Source: Caldilineae bacterium (lineage in GTDB: Bacteria > Chloroflexota > Anaerolineae > DTLA01). Taken from it: a stretch of DNA of 44,267 nt. Positions 28,023 to 37,029 of the stretch are shown one piece after another. Made by a program: the position numbers and the translations under genes. Each line of letters starts with the position of its first letter. Position 1 is the first letter of the stretch. The notes under the pieces are model-generated. The model ran no database searches, was not told the origin of the DNA, and was given only the letters and a program-made list of their open reading frames with translations. The stretch spans positions 1 through 44,267 of the forward strand of contig JBBIHX010000008.1 in NCBI GenBank assembly GCA_037446815.1, given 5' to 3'.

Positions 28023-28196
28023 GACACGGTTCCAAACTGTGTTGGTCTGTCCCGCGCGCTGCCTCCCCACTCCGTCATGCTGAGCCGAAGGCGACACGCC
28101 CTCACCCTTCGGGAGAGGGTCGGGGTGAGGGGTGAGATTCTTCGCTCTTCGCCGCTCAGAATGACGGTAGATGCCAACCGACTTTGGAAACGACTC
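28023..28196. mobile_element. MITE copy A2 (inverted relative to A1, exact 8-bp TSD GCCAATGG)
   Basis: GACACGGTTCCAAACTGTGTTGG ... CCAACCGACTTTGGAAACGACTC. GCCAATGG at 28015-28022 and 28197-28204. Central CCCTC-type repeat at 28099-28132. Confidence 0.87.
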
Positions 28197-28292
28197 GCCA
28201 ATGGGGATTTGCAGCCGTAGTCCTGGGGCGCGGAGCCGCGAAGAACATCATTTGCCTGTCTCCGCGCCTCACTATTTGGCGGGAAGCCATAT

Positions 28293-28321
28293 TTGACAGA
28301 ATTCCAAAAGTGTGTTATAAA
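28293..28321 (+). promoter_or_regulatory. sigma70-type promoter of csp
   Basis: TTGACA-17 nt-TATAAA with extended TGn, about 130 nt upstream of the ATG. Confidence 0.75.
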
Positions 28322-28455
28322 CCGTCCGTAGGTTGAGTAAGTGTACGGAACGACTAGCAAGGCTGACCGCTGGAGCGTTACACTTGGCTCTGGCGGTTGT
28401 TTTTTGCGGCGCTTCTGTCTCGTACCTCCTATAATTTTTCACAAGGAGTTCACCA

Positions 28456-28665
28456 ATGAGTGAGCGAGAAAAAGGAACGGTAAAGTGGTTCAATGGGTCC
28501 AAGGGCTACGGGTTCATCACCCGCGAGAAGGGCGGCGACGTGTTCGTCCACTTCTCGGCGATTCAGTCGCAGGGCTTCCGCACCCTGGAAGAGAACCAGC
28601 GGGTTGAGTTCACCGTTGAACAAGGCCCCAAGGGTCCTCAGGCCACCAACGTCGTTCCCCTGTAG
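28456..28665 (+). CDS. csp: Cold-shock protein (CspA family)
   Basis: GTVKWFN, KGYGFI (RNP1), DVFVHFSAI (RNP2). Confidence 0.97.
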   Translation: MSEREKGTVKWFNGSKGYGFITREKGGDVFVHFSAIQSQGFRTLEENQRVEFTVEQGPKGPQATNVVPL

Positions 28666-28690
28666 AACGCGCCGCGCGTTTCTGCAAAGC

Positions 28691-28724
28691 AAAGCCGCGC
28701 TCGGGAGACCGGGCGCGGCTTTTT
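28691..28724. terminator. Intrinsic, probably bidirectional, terminator between csp and the thioesterase
   Basis: AAAGCCGCGCTCGG-GAGA-CCGGGCGCGGCTTTTT. Confidence 0.85.
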
Positions 28725-28736
28725 GCTTGCCTGCGC

Positions 28737-29207
28737 TCAATCCTCGTACACGCGCCAGTACTTCTTCTCCGGCTCCCAGCGGTCAAAGAACTCGCGGCTG
28801 GGCCGGAACAGCAGCGCCTCGCACTCGGCGGTAACCGTGCCATCTTCCAGGCGCAACTCGCTCGCCACCCGCGCGCGGGTCTCCGCCTTTTGGATCACCC
28901 AGCCCACGGCCACCAGCGGGACGCCCGTGGGGGTGGGCTTGCGGTAGCGCACCTCCAGTTTCACGGTTACCATCAGATTCTCGGCGTCGCCATCCAGCAG
29001 GACCGCGCGGCCCGCCGTCTCGTCCAGGATGGCCGCCACGATGCCGCCGTGCACCACGCCGGGGTAGCCGTTGAAGGGCTCGGGCACGACGACCCGCGCG
29101 CGGATCTGCCTGGCCTCTCGGTCGTTCACCCACGTGATCTTCAAACCGACGGGGTTCTGTCTCCCGCACAAGAAGCATGTCCGCGAACTGGGCTGCCGTT
29201 CTTCCAT
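28737..29207 (-). CDS. PaaI-family hot-dog thioesterase
   Basis: CFLCGRQNPVGL, GYPGVVHGGIVAAILDE, RYRKPTP. Confidence 0.9.
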   Translation of the reverse strand: MEERQPSSRTCFLCGRQNPVGLKITWVNDREARQIRARVVVPEPFNGYPGVVHGGIVAAILDETAGRAVLLDGDAENLMVTVKLEVRYRKPTPTGVPLVAVGWVIQKAETRARVASELRLEDGTVTAECEALLFRPSREFFDRWEPEKKYWRVYED

Positions 29208-29279
29208 GACGCGACTCCTTTGGGCAATGGGGTTGAAATCGGCGCAATGGTATCACAGGTTGGCGACCGTGGCAAGGAA

Positions 29280-29309
29280 TTGTACACGCGCTCCAGTATG
29301 GGGTATAAT
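29280..29309 (+). promoter_or_regulatory. sigma70-type promoter of the partner-switching operon
   Basis: TTGTAC-18 nt-TATAAT. Confidence 0.6.
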
Positions 29310-29360
29310 GTGGGCCTGGAACCCGGTGTCGCGGCCATCTACTACCCAGGAGGACACTCA

Positions 29361-29696
29361 ATGGACATACAAATCAAGCAACTCAAGCGGGCCAGTTTGG
29401 TGAAGATTTCCGGCCGTGTGGACAGCAGCACCGCCCCCGACCTGGAGAAGGCTCTCAAGGAACTCATGGAGCAGGGGCAATTTCGGATTGTGGTGGACAT
29501 GTCGGACCTCAGTTTCATCAGCAGCGCGGGCCTGCGTGTCCTCATCTCCACGGCCAAGACCTGCCGCCGCTGGAATCGCGGCGATGTGTATCTGGCGTCG
29601 CTCCCGCAGCACATCATGGAGACGTTTGAACTGGCCGGGCTAACCCGCGTGTTCAAGATTTTCCCGGATGCGGTAGAGGCTATCGGGAACCTGTAG
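29361..29696 (+). CDS. STAS anti-sigma-factor antagonist (RsbV/SpoIIAA-like) 1
   Basis: GRVDSSTAP, FISSAGLRVL (phospho-Ser), FELAGL. AGGAGG RBS. Confidence 0.92.
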   Translation: MDIQIKQLKRASLVKISGRVDSSTAPDLEKALKELMEQGQFRIVVDMSDLSFISSAGLRVLISTAKTCRRWNRGDVYLASLPQHIMETFELAGLTRVFKIFPDAVEAIGNL

Positions 29697-29789
29697 GCGC
29701 GTCCGGTTCGCCCGTGCGCGGGGTCAGACGGCATGCCGTAGCCGCCCGCGTGCGCGTGGCCGGGCGCTTCCCGGTGCGGACGGCGTGCC

Positions 29790-30212
29790 ATGGAAGAGGC
29801 AAGCGTGTACGAACTGGCGGTGCCAGCGCGATTTGAGAACCTGGCCCTCATCGGCGACTTCATCGCCGGCGTGGCGCGGCGCGCCGGGTTTGACGAGAAA
29901 GGCGTGTTCAACCTGCAACTGGCCTGCGATGAGGCGTGCACCAACGTCATTGAGCATGCCTACGGCGGCGGCCCCGGACAGATTCGCATCGCCGTTTCGG
30001 TGCACCCCGACCGCATCCAGATTGAGGTTCACGACACGGGCCGCCCCTTTGACCCCACCGCCGTGCGCGTGCCCGACCTGGACGCCCCGCTGGAGGAGCG
30101 AGAAACCGGCGGGCTGGGCCTCCACTTCATGCGCTCCATCATGGACGAGGTGCGGTTTGAATTCGGCGAGGGCGGCAACCGCCTGACTATGGTGAAACGG
30201 AGAGACCCGTGA
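29790..30212 (+). CDS. RsbW/SpoIIAB-like anti-sigma serine kinase
   Basis: DEACTNVIEHAY (N box), HDTGRPFD (G1), GGLGLHFM (G2). Confidence 0.92.
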   Translation: MEEASVYELAVPARFENLALIGDFIAGVARRAGFDEKGVFNLQLACDEACTNVIEHAYGGGPGQIRIAVSVHPDRIQIEVHDTGRPFDPTAVRVPDLDAPLEERETGGLGLHFMRSIMDEVRFEFGEGGNRLTMVKRRDP

Positions 30213-30562
30213 ACGCGCGGCGCTCCGACTGGGCCGAGGATGTCTGGGTCGTGGAGGCGCGTGGACGGCTGGACGCGAGCCTCGCGCCCGAGTTGGAAGC
30301 GCAATTGGAAGCGCTGTTCGCGGCAGGGCATGCCCGCATCGTCGTGGATTTCGGGCGGGTGAGTTACATCAGCAGCAGCGGGCTGAAGGTGCTCCTGGTG
30401 GGGATGCGCGCGGCGCGCAGGCAGGGCGGCGACATCCGGCTGTGCGCCATGAGCGAGCGCGTCCGGGATGTGTTTGAGTTGTCCGGCTTCCACAAGATCT
30501 TCGCGATTCACGCTTCCGAACAGGAAGCAGCGGCTGCGTTGACAGGCGGCGAGGTAGGCTAG
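30209..30562 (+). CDS. STAS anti-sigma-factor antagonist 2
   Basis: GRLDASLAP, YISSSGLKVL, FELSGF. GTGA overlap with the kinase. Confidence 0.92.
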   Translation: MNARRSDWAEDVWVVEARGRLDASLAPELEAQLEALFAAGHARIVVDFGRVSYISSSGLKVLLVGMRAARRQGGDIRLCAMSERVRDVFELSGFHKIFAIHASEQEAAAALTGGEVG

Positions 30563-30563
30563 G

Positions 30564-33500
30564 GTGAAATCGGCATCCACGCTGGGGCGAAGGGCCTTCC
30601 AACTCGCCGTCATCGCTGGCGGTCTGCTTGCGCTAACCCACGCCGTCGCCATGGGGTGGCACCCGCAGACGGCATCGCTGCTCCTGTTTGTTGCCCTGTC
30701 GGCCATCCTCCAGCGATCGGGTTTCCACACCACGCAGCAGGTAACCCACTGCCTGGTGGGCATGGTGGATGTGGCGGCTATCCTTATCTTCGGGCCGTTG
30801 GGGGGCGCGGTCGTTTCCTTCCTCGGCGGGTTTGTGTACCTCGCGCTCCACGCGCTGCGGGGCAAATCGCGCCGGGTGGAGCACCTGCTGCTAACCCCGC
30901 TGTTTGACGGGAGCCTGAAGGCGCTGATGGCGCTGGGGGGCGGCGCGCTCTACGTGCGGCTGGGCGGAGCCATCCCGCTGACGCACCCATCCTGGCGCGA
31001 CGCGCCTGCCCTGGCCGCCCTCTTCGTCGCGTGGTTTGCGCTAGACCACCTGGCCTGGGGCGCGATGATGACCCTATCCGGCGGCAGGGCGGGCCTGCGT
31101 ACCTTCGTGCGCGATTCGCTGCCCGTGTCGGTCCTCGTGGAACTCCTGCCGCTGCCCATGGCAGTTCCCATCGCGGTGTTGTATGCGCGCGAGGAGGCGG
31201 GCCTGTTCGCGGTGGTAACGGCCGGGGTCGTGGCGGCCAGCGTAACCACGCAGGCGTTTTCCGATGCTCGCCTCTCCCGCGAGCGGCGGCTGCGCGAACT
31301 GACGCTGTTAGATCGCATCGGCTGGGATTTCGCCCGCGCGTCGCTGAACGTGGACGAACTGTGCGAACTCATCTATCGGTACTGTTCCGAAATCGTGGAC
31401 ACGTCGCATACGTTCATGCTGGGGCTGGCCGACCCGCAGAATCAGCGCATGCGGCATCCCATCCTGGTGCAGGGTGGGCAGCGAAAAGGCCCGAACGAAA
31501 TTCCGTACACGCCCGGCATCCGCTGGTTGCAGGAGCATCGCAAGCCCATTCTCATCCGCGACATGGAGCGCGAGCGCCTGCCCTTCACGCCGACGGTCAT
31601 CGGCCAGGCGACCCGCTCGGTCATCCTCGTGCCGCTAGTGGCCGAGCAGGAACTCATCGGCGTCCTGTCGGTGCAGCACGTGGAGCCGAACGTGTACACC
31701 GAGGACGACTTGCGCATCCTGTCGGCGCTGGCGGCCCAGGGCGCGCTGGCCATCCGCAAGGCCCAGGCCTACGAGGCCGAGCGGCGGCGGTCGCAGCAGT
31801 TGGCGGCCATCGCGCGCGTTACGCAGCAGGTGGCCGTGCTCCGCGATTTGGGGACGCTGTTCAACCTGGTGGTGGACGTCATCCGCGAGACGTTCGGGTA
31901 CTACTACGTAGCGTTGTTCACCGCGGACCCGCGCACGGGGAAACTGGGCTTCCAGGCCGCCTCTTCGGCGACCGGCCGCACGTGCTGCTTCCAGGTGGAA
32001 CCGGGCGAGGGCATCACCGGCTACGTCGCCGAGACGGGCCGGCCAGTCCTCGCGAACGATGTAACGCGGGAGCCGCGCTATCGCCCCGTGGAGTTGTTGG
32101 AGGAGACCCGCTCGGAGTTGACCGTCCCGCTGCTGGTGGAGGGGCGCGTGGTCGGCCTGCTGGACGTGCAGAGCGACCACCTCAATGCCTTCACCCAGGA
32201 GGACCTGGCGACGATGCAGACCGTCGCCACGCAGGTGGCCATTGCCATCCACGAGGCGAGGCTGTACGACCGCGAGCGGAAACGCGCCCGCCAACTGGCC
32301 GCCGTGAGCGAGGTGGGGCGCAAGATCGTCTCCATCCTCAACCTGGACGCCCTGCTGGACGAGGTGGTGGACTTGGTGTCCGAGCGGTTCAACTATCCGC
32401 ACGTGCACGTGTTTACGGTGGACGCGGCCCAGGGCGAGGTGGTGTACCGAGCGGGCACCGCCCAGGCCGATGCCGTTGCGGGCCAGTTGCGATTTCGGCT
32501 TGAGGACGAGGGAATCGTTCCCTGGGCGGCCCGGACCGGCGAGCCGCTGGTGGTGAACGACGTACAAGCCGATTCCCGCTACCGCGCCGGCCCCCGCATC
32601 GGCGACATCCGCTCCGAATTGGCGGTGCCGCTGCGCTTCGGCAAGCAGATTCTGGGCGTGTTTGACCTGCAAAGCCCGGAGCCGAACGCCTTTGACCCCG
32701 AGGACTTGCCGGTGCTCCAGGCGCTGGCCGACCAGATCGCCGTGGCCGTGCGCAACGCGACGCTGTTCGCCACGCGCGAGGAGGAGACGTGGGTCTCCAC
32801 GGTTCTGCTGCAAGTCGCCGAGGCCGTGGGCGAACAGACGACGGTGGAAGAGACCATCGGCTCGGTGGTGCGCATCGTGCCGCTCCTGGTGGGCGTGAGC
32901 CGCTGCACCATCTTCCTGCTGGACCGCGCCACGGGCGAGTTCTGCACCGAGGAGGGGTATAGCACGGCGCGGGGGACTGCGCCAGGACTGGACGGCTTAT
33001 GCCTTCGCCCGTCCGATGTCCCGCTGCTGGCCCGAATCATGGCGTCCAAGGCGGCCGTCGTCGTGCCGGATGAGGAGATAGAGACGTGGATTCCTGCCGA
33101 CCTGGTGCGTTCCTTCGGGATACGGCACCTGGCGGCGTTCCCGCTGGTGGCGCGCGGCGAAATCCGCGGGTGCATGGCGGTGGAGTTCGCCGATGCCGCC
33201 TGGCCCCCCGGCAATAAGACCCTGGCCATCGTTTCGGGCGTGGCGAACCAGGCGGCCACGGCCATCGAGAACGCCCAACTCTACGATGCGCTCCAGGAAG
33301 AGGCCTACGTCTCCAACGCCCTGTTGCAGGTGGCGGAGTCTATCAACGCCGCAGTGGATTTGGACGAGGCGCTGGAGGCGGTCGTGCGCATCACGCCCAT
33401 CCTGGCGGGCGTGGATCGGTGCATGATCTTCCTGTGGGACGAGCGGCGGGAACGGTTTGTGCCCGCGCGACAGTACGGCGTGGCGCGCGACCTGGAAGCC

Positions 33501-34583
33501 GACTTCGCGGGCCTGGCGTTTGACACGGAGGAGTTTCCTCTCCTCAAGGAACTGGCCGAGCGCAAGGAGCCGCTTATCATCGCCGACGTGGCCGGAAGCC
33601 CTCTCGTGCCACAGGACTTGGCCCGGCGCTTCGGAATCCGCTCGCTCCTGGCGCTGCCCCTCCAGACCAAAGGCGACATCCTGGGGGCCATGCTGGTGGA
33701 CTTCCAGGGGATGGAGCACCGTTTTCCCGAGAACCGCCTGGCCCTGCTCACCGGCATCGCCAGCCAGACGGCCATCGCCGTGGAGAACTACCGCCTGTAT
33801 CGGGAGATGGCCGAGCGCCAGCGGCTGGAGCAGGAGTTAGAGGTGGCGCGGAGCATCCAGAAGAGTTTCCTCCCGCGTGCGTGCCCGCTCCTGCCTGGAT
33901 GGGATGTGGCTGCCCTGTGGCGGTCGGCGCGACGGGTGGGGGGCGACTTCTACGACATCATCCTGTTTGACGACCGCTACGTGGGGTTCGTGGTGGCCGA
34001 TGTTTCGGACAAGGGCGTGCCGGCGGCGCTGTACATGGCCCTGTCCAAGACCATCATCCGCGCCTCGGCGCTGGAGACCCGCAGCCCCGCCGCAGCCCTG
34101 CGCAGGGCCAACGACCTGCTGGTGGCCGACTCGTCCTCGGGGATGTTCGTAACGGTGTTCTACGGCGTGCTGGACGTGCGCGATGGCGTGTTCACCTACG
34201 CCAACGCCGGACACAACCCGCCGCTCCTTGTGCGAGCGCACAACGACGCGCCCGAACACCTGACAGCCGACGGGATCGTCCTGGGCGTCATGGAGGACGT
34301 GGACTTGGAGGAGAAGCAAACGCGCATGGCGACGGGCGATGTCCTGCTGATGTACACCGACGGGCTGACCGACGCCATCAACGAGCACGAAGAGGAGTTC
34401 GGCGCAGAGCGCCTGGCCCGGTGCCTGGTTGAGGCGCGAGATCGGCCCGCCGAGGCCCTCATCCGGCACATTGATCGCGAGGTCGCCGCGCACGTGGGCG
34501 GCCAGCCCCAGTTTGACGATTACACGCTCATCGCGCTGAAGCGGACGGAGGCCGACCCCGATTCGGCTCGGTCGGCATCGTGA
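30564..34583 (+). CDS. Membrane-anchored RsbU/SpoIIE PP2C phosphatase with five GAF domains
   Basis: About 230-aa hydrophobic N-terminus, five GAF repeats each ending Q.A.AI/AV..A/Y, then GGDFYD, VADVSDKG, NAGHNPP, YTDGL, DDYT. Confidence 0.92.
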   Translation: MKSASTLGRRAFQLAVIAGGLLALTHAVAMGWHPQTASLLLFVALSAILQRSGFHTTQQVTHCLVGMVDVAAILIFGPLGGAVVSFLGGFVYLALHALRGKSRRVEHLLLTPLFDGSLKALMALGGGALYVRLGGAIPLTHPSWRDAPALAALFVAWFALDHLAWGAMMTLSGGRAGLRTFVRDSLPVSVLVELLPLPMAVPIAVLYAREEAGLFAVVTAGVVAASVTTQAFSDARLSRERRLRELTLLDRIGWDFARASLNVDELCELIYRYCSEIVDTSHTFMLGLADPQNQRMRHPILVQGGQRKGPNEIPYTPGIRWLQEHRKPILIRDMERERLPFTPTVIGQATRSVILVPLVAEQELIGVLSVQHVEPNVYTEDDLRILSALAAQGALAIRKAQAYEAERRRSQQLAAIARVTQQVAVLRDLGTLFNLVVDVIRETFGYYYVALFTADPRTGKLGFQAASSATGRTCCFQVEPGEGITGYVAETGRPVLANDVTREPRYRPVELLEETRSELTVPLLVEGRVVGLLDVQSDHLNAFTQEDLATMQTVATQVAIAIHEARLYDRERKRARQLAAVSEVGRKIVSILNLDALLDEVVDLVSERFNYPHVHVFTVDAAQGEVVYRAGTAQADAVAGQLRFRLEDEGIVPWAARTGEPLVVNDVQADSRYRAGPRIGDIRSELAVPLRFGKQILGVFDLQSPEPNAFDPEDLPVLQALADQIAVAVRNATLFATREEETWVSTVLLQVAEAVGEQTTVEETIGSVVRIVPLLVGVSRCTIFLLDRATGEFCTEEGYSTARGTAPGLDGLCLRPSDVPLLARIMASKAAVVVPDEEIETWIPADLVRSFGIRHLAAFPLVARGEIRGCMAVEFADAAWPPGNKTLAIVSGVANQAATAIENAQLYDALQEEAYVSNALLQVAESINAAVDLDEALEAVVRITPILAGVDRCMIFLWDERRERFVPARQYGVARDLEADFAGLAFDTEEFPLLKELAERKEPLIIADVAGSPLVPQDLARRFGIRSLLALPLQTKGDILGAMLVDFQGMEHRFPENRLALLTGIASQTAIAVENYRLYREMAERQRLEQELEVARSIQKSFLPRACPLLPGWDVAALWRSARRVGGDFYDIILFDDRYVGFVVADVSDKGVPAALYMALSKTIIRASALETRSPAAALRRANDLLVADSSSGMFVTVFYGVLDVRDGVFTYANAGHNPPLLVRAHNDAPEHLTADGIVLGVMEDVDLEEKQTRMATGDVLLMYTDGLTDAINEHEEEFGAERLARCLVEARDRPAEALIRHIDREVAAHVGGQPQFDDYTLIALKRTEADPDSARSAS

Positions 34584-34594
34584 AGGAGGCATAC

Positions 34595-35227
34595 ATGGAC
34601 GGTCTGCCGCAGATTATCTCGGGCATCCTGGACGAACTGGAGAGCAAGAACGCAATTCGGGACACGACGCTGGCCCGATCGCGGACGCTGATCCGCCACT
34701 GCGCCAACGCGATTCGCGCGGTGCATCGGGGCGAGTTCGCCGCCGCCGAGGAGTTGCTCCGAGCGGCACGGGAGGCCGCCGCCGAAATGGTGGATGACCT
34801 GAAGGGCTACCCCGACATCTACTTCGCCGGCTATACCCAGGACGCGCTGAAGGAACTGGCCGAGGCGCACCTCACCTACGCCATCATCGCTGACAAGCCC
34901 GTGCCTACGCCGAAGGAACTGGGCGTGGAGTCCGCCGCATACCTGAACGGCATGGGCGAGGCCGCGGGCGAACTCCGCCGCTTCGTGCTGGACTGCATCC
35001 GTCGCGGCCAGGTTGGCGAGGGCGAGCGCGCGCTGGAAGCCATGGACATCATTTATAGCCACCTGGCGACGGTGGACTATCCGGACGCGGTTACGGGGAA
35101 CTTGCGCCGCACCACCGACATGGTGCGCGGCGTCCTGGAACGCACGCGGGGGGATTTCACCACCGCCGTCCGCCAGGACCAACTGCAGGACGCGCTGCGC
35201 GACTTGGAGCGGAAACTGGGGCGCTGA
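34595..35227 (+). CDS. Translin/TRAX (C3PO)-family RNA-binding protein, putative endoribonuclease
   Basis: All-helical 210 aa. SRTLIRHCANAIRAVHR, ALKELAEA, YLNGMGEAAGELRR and LRRTTD match translin-family motifs. AAGGAGG RBS overlaps the phosphatase stop. Confidence 0.85.
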   Translation: MDGLPQIISGILDELESKNAIRDTTLARSRTLIRHCANAIRAVHRGEFAAAEELLRAAREAAAEMVDDLKGYPDIYFAGYTQDALKELAEAHLTYAIIADKPVPTPKELGVESAAYLNGMGEAAGELRRFVLDCIRRGQVGEGERALEAMDIIYSHLATVDYPDAVTGNLRRTTDMVRGVLERTRGDFTTAVRQDQLQDALRDLERKLGR

Positions 35228-35249
35228 CCCGCCCGCGGGCGACCCGCCG

Positions 35250-36995
35250 CTAGGGCAACCAGGCCATCTGCCCGCCAAGCCAGTCCGGATTGGACATGCT
35301 CAAGTCCATGATCTTGCGCTGCTCGCTTCCGTCGGCCAGCATGACGTACAGCGTCCACACGCCATCGCGGTTGGACACGAAGGCGATTTGCCGTCCGTCG
35401 GGCGACCATGTGGGCATACCATCATCGGCGACATTGACGGTGCACCGCCGCACGAACCCGCCCTCTATCCGCACGGTGTAGATTTCCCAGTTGCCGTCGT
35501 GGCTGGAGACATAGGCGACGTGGCTGCCGTCGGGCGACCACGCCAGGCCGATGTCGTTCTTGTCCGCGGTCAGGCGGATGCGTCCGCCGCGGCTCAAGTC
35601 CTCCACGTAGATGCCGCACTCGCGCTGGGCCTCGTCGCAGCCGGTGAGCGCCAGGTGGTTCGTGCTGGACCAGGCGGCGGACCATCCGTTGGCCAGCGGT
35701 TCGGGCTTGGCGGAGCCGTCGGCAGGGGCGGCCAGGATCGCCGCCGTCGGCGAGCCCGCGTCGCGGACAAAGGCCACCTGGGCGCCGTCGGGCGACCAGA
35801 AGGGCCGCGAGTCCCGCGCCGATGTGGAAACCGCCCACCGCTTCCCGCTCTCCATGTCCAGGATGAAGATGCCGGGCGCGGCTTTGTCGGTGGAATGGAA
35901 GGCCAGGCGCACGCCATCAGGGGCTGTGGCCGGCTGATTCCCGTTGCGGACGAGCACCTGCGCCTGGTCCGCGCCGGCGTCCAGGGCCATGATGTCGTAG
36001 GTCTTGCGAGCGTCGTCGTAGCGGGCGAAGATGAGCGTGCCGAACGGCAGTTCCGACAGGATGGGCGGTTCGGCGGGCCGTGTGGGAACGGGCGTCAGGG
36101 CGACTTCGGCCAGGCCCGCGCACCGCTGCGAGGCGTCGTTCAGCCGCGCGCGGATGGTGGGGTTGTCGTCCATGGCTTTGGCGGCGGCGTAGGCTTCCTG
36201 CGCCTGGCACCACAGGCCCCAGCCCATGTACGCATCGCCATGGCCCACGTAGGCTTCGTAGAGGCGCTGGGCCACGTCGCGAAACGTGGGGTCAACGGCG
36301 TAGAGTTGGCGGAACGCCTCCACCGACTTCTCCCAGTCGGCGCCTGCGGCTCCCGCCCCCGCGCTGTACAGGGCCAGGAGTTCGCGCCTGCGAGCGATGT
36401 CGGCGGCGGATGGGCGGACGCGCAGGGCCTGATCGTAGGCGCGGATGGCCTCTTCCAGCCGATTCTCCGCCTCCATCGCCTCGCCCTGCAGGCGGTAGCA
36501 GTCAAAGCGGTACTGCTGGATGTCTTTGGTGCGGTAGGCAGGGTCTAGCGTGGCGATGTGCTCAAAGGCCGCGACGGCGCCGCTCCAGTCCTTCTGCTCG
36601 TACAGGGCCACCGCCTGGGCGAACAGGTCATCAAGAGCGGCCTGGTACACCTCGGACGTGGGGGTGCCGACGGCGACGCGGGTGCGCTGGGCCTCGGCCA
36701 GTTGCGCGCGCGCCTCGGCATAGTCCGGCGCAAGCCTCAACGCGAGTTCAAACTCGGCGATGGCCAGGTCCGTCTCGCCCGCCTGCATATGGGCAAGCCC
36801 CGCCTGGTAGTGCGACTCGGCGTTGCGGCGGGCGATGGCCGCGCGGTCCTGCAGGCCCTGGTACACGGCAAGGGCCGTAACCGCGCCGAGCACGGCCAGC
36901 AGGCCCAGCACGATGAGGGCGATGCCCAGCCGCGTGCGGGCCTTGTGTCGGGGTGCGCTTTGCGTCTGTTGGGCGTCGGTGGATACGTCGTCCAT
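35250..36995 (-). CDS. Membrane-anchored TPR + TolB/PD40 beta-propeller protein
   Basis: One N-terminal TM, TPRs (AIAEFELALRLAPDY; AIRAYDQALRVRP), repeated WSPDG and FVSNRDG. Confidence 0.85.
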   Translation of the reverse strand: MDDVSTDAQQTQSAPRHKARTRLGIALIVLGLLAVLGAVTALAVYQGLQDRAAIARRNAESHYQAGLAHMQAGETDLAIAEFELALRLAPDYAEARAQLAEAQRTRVAVGTPTSEVYQAALDDLFAQAVALYEQKDWSGAVAAFEHIATLDPAYRTKDIQQYRFDCYRLQGEAMEAENRLEEAIRAYDQALRVRPSAADIARRRELLALYSAGAGAAGADWEKSVEAFRQLYAVDPTFRDVAQRLYEAYVGHGDAYMGWGLWCQAQEAYAAAKAMDDNPTIRARLNDASQRCAGLAEVALTPVPTRPAEPPILSELPFGTLIFARYDDARKTYDIMALDAGADQAQVLVRNGNQPATAPDGVRLAFHSTDKAAPGIFILDMESGKRWAVSTSARDSRPFWSPDGAQVAFVRDAGSPTAAILAAPADGSAKPEPLANGWSAAWSSTNHLALTGCDEAQRECGIYVEDLSRGGRIRLTADKNDIGLAWSPDGSHVAYVSSHDGNWEIYTVRIEGGFVRRCTVNVADDGMPTWSPDGRQIAFVSNRDGVWTLYVMLADGSEQRKIMDLSMSNPDWLGGQMAWLP

Positions 36996-37029
36996 CTCTC
37001 CGTCCGCAGGGTATCGTCGCCGCCCGCCG

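Noticed and set aside
34595..35227. Haloacid dehalogenase label often attached to this family
   Set aside because: No DxD motif or Rossmann pattern. The motifs are translin-like.
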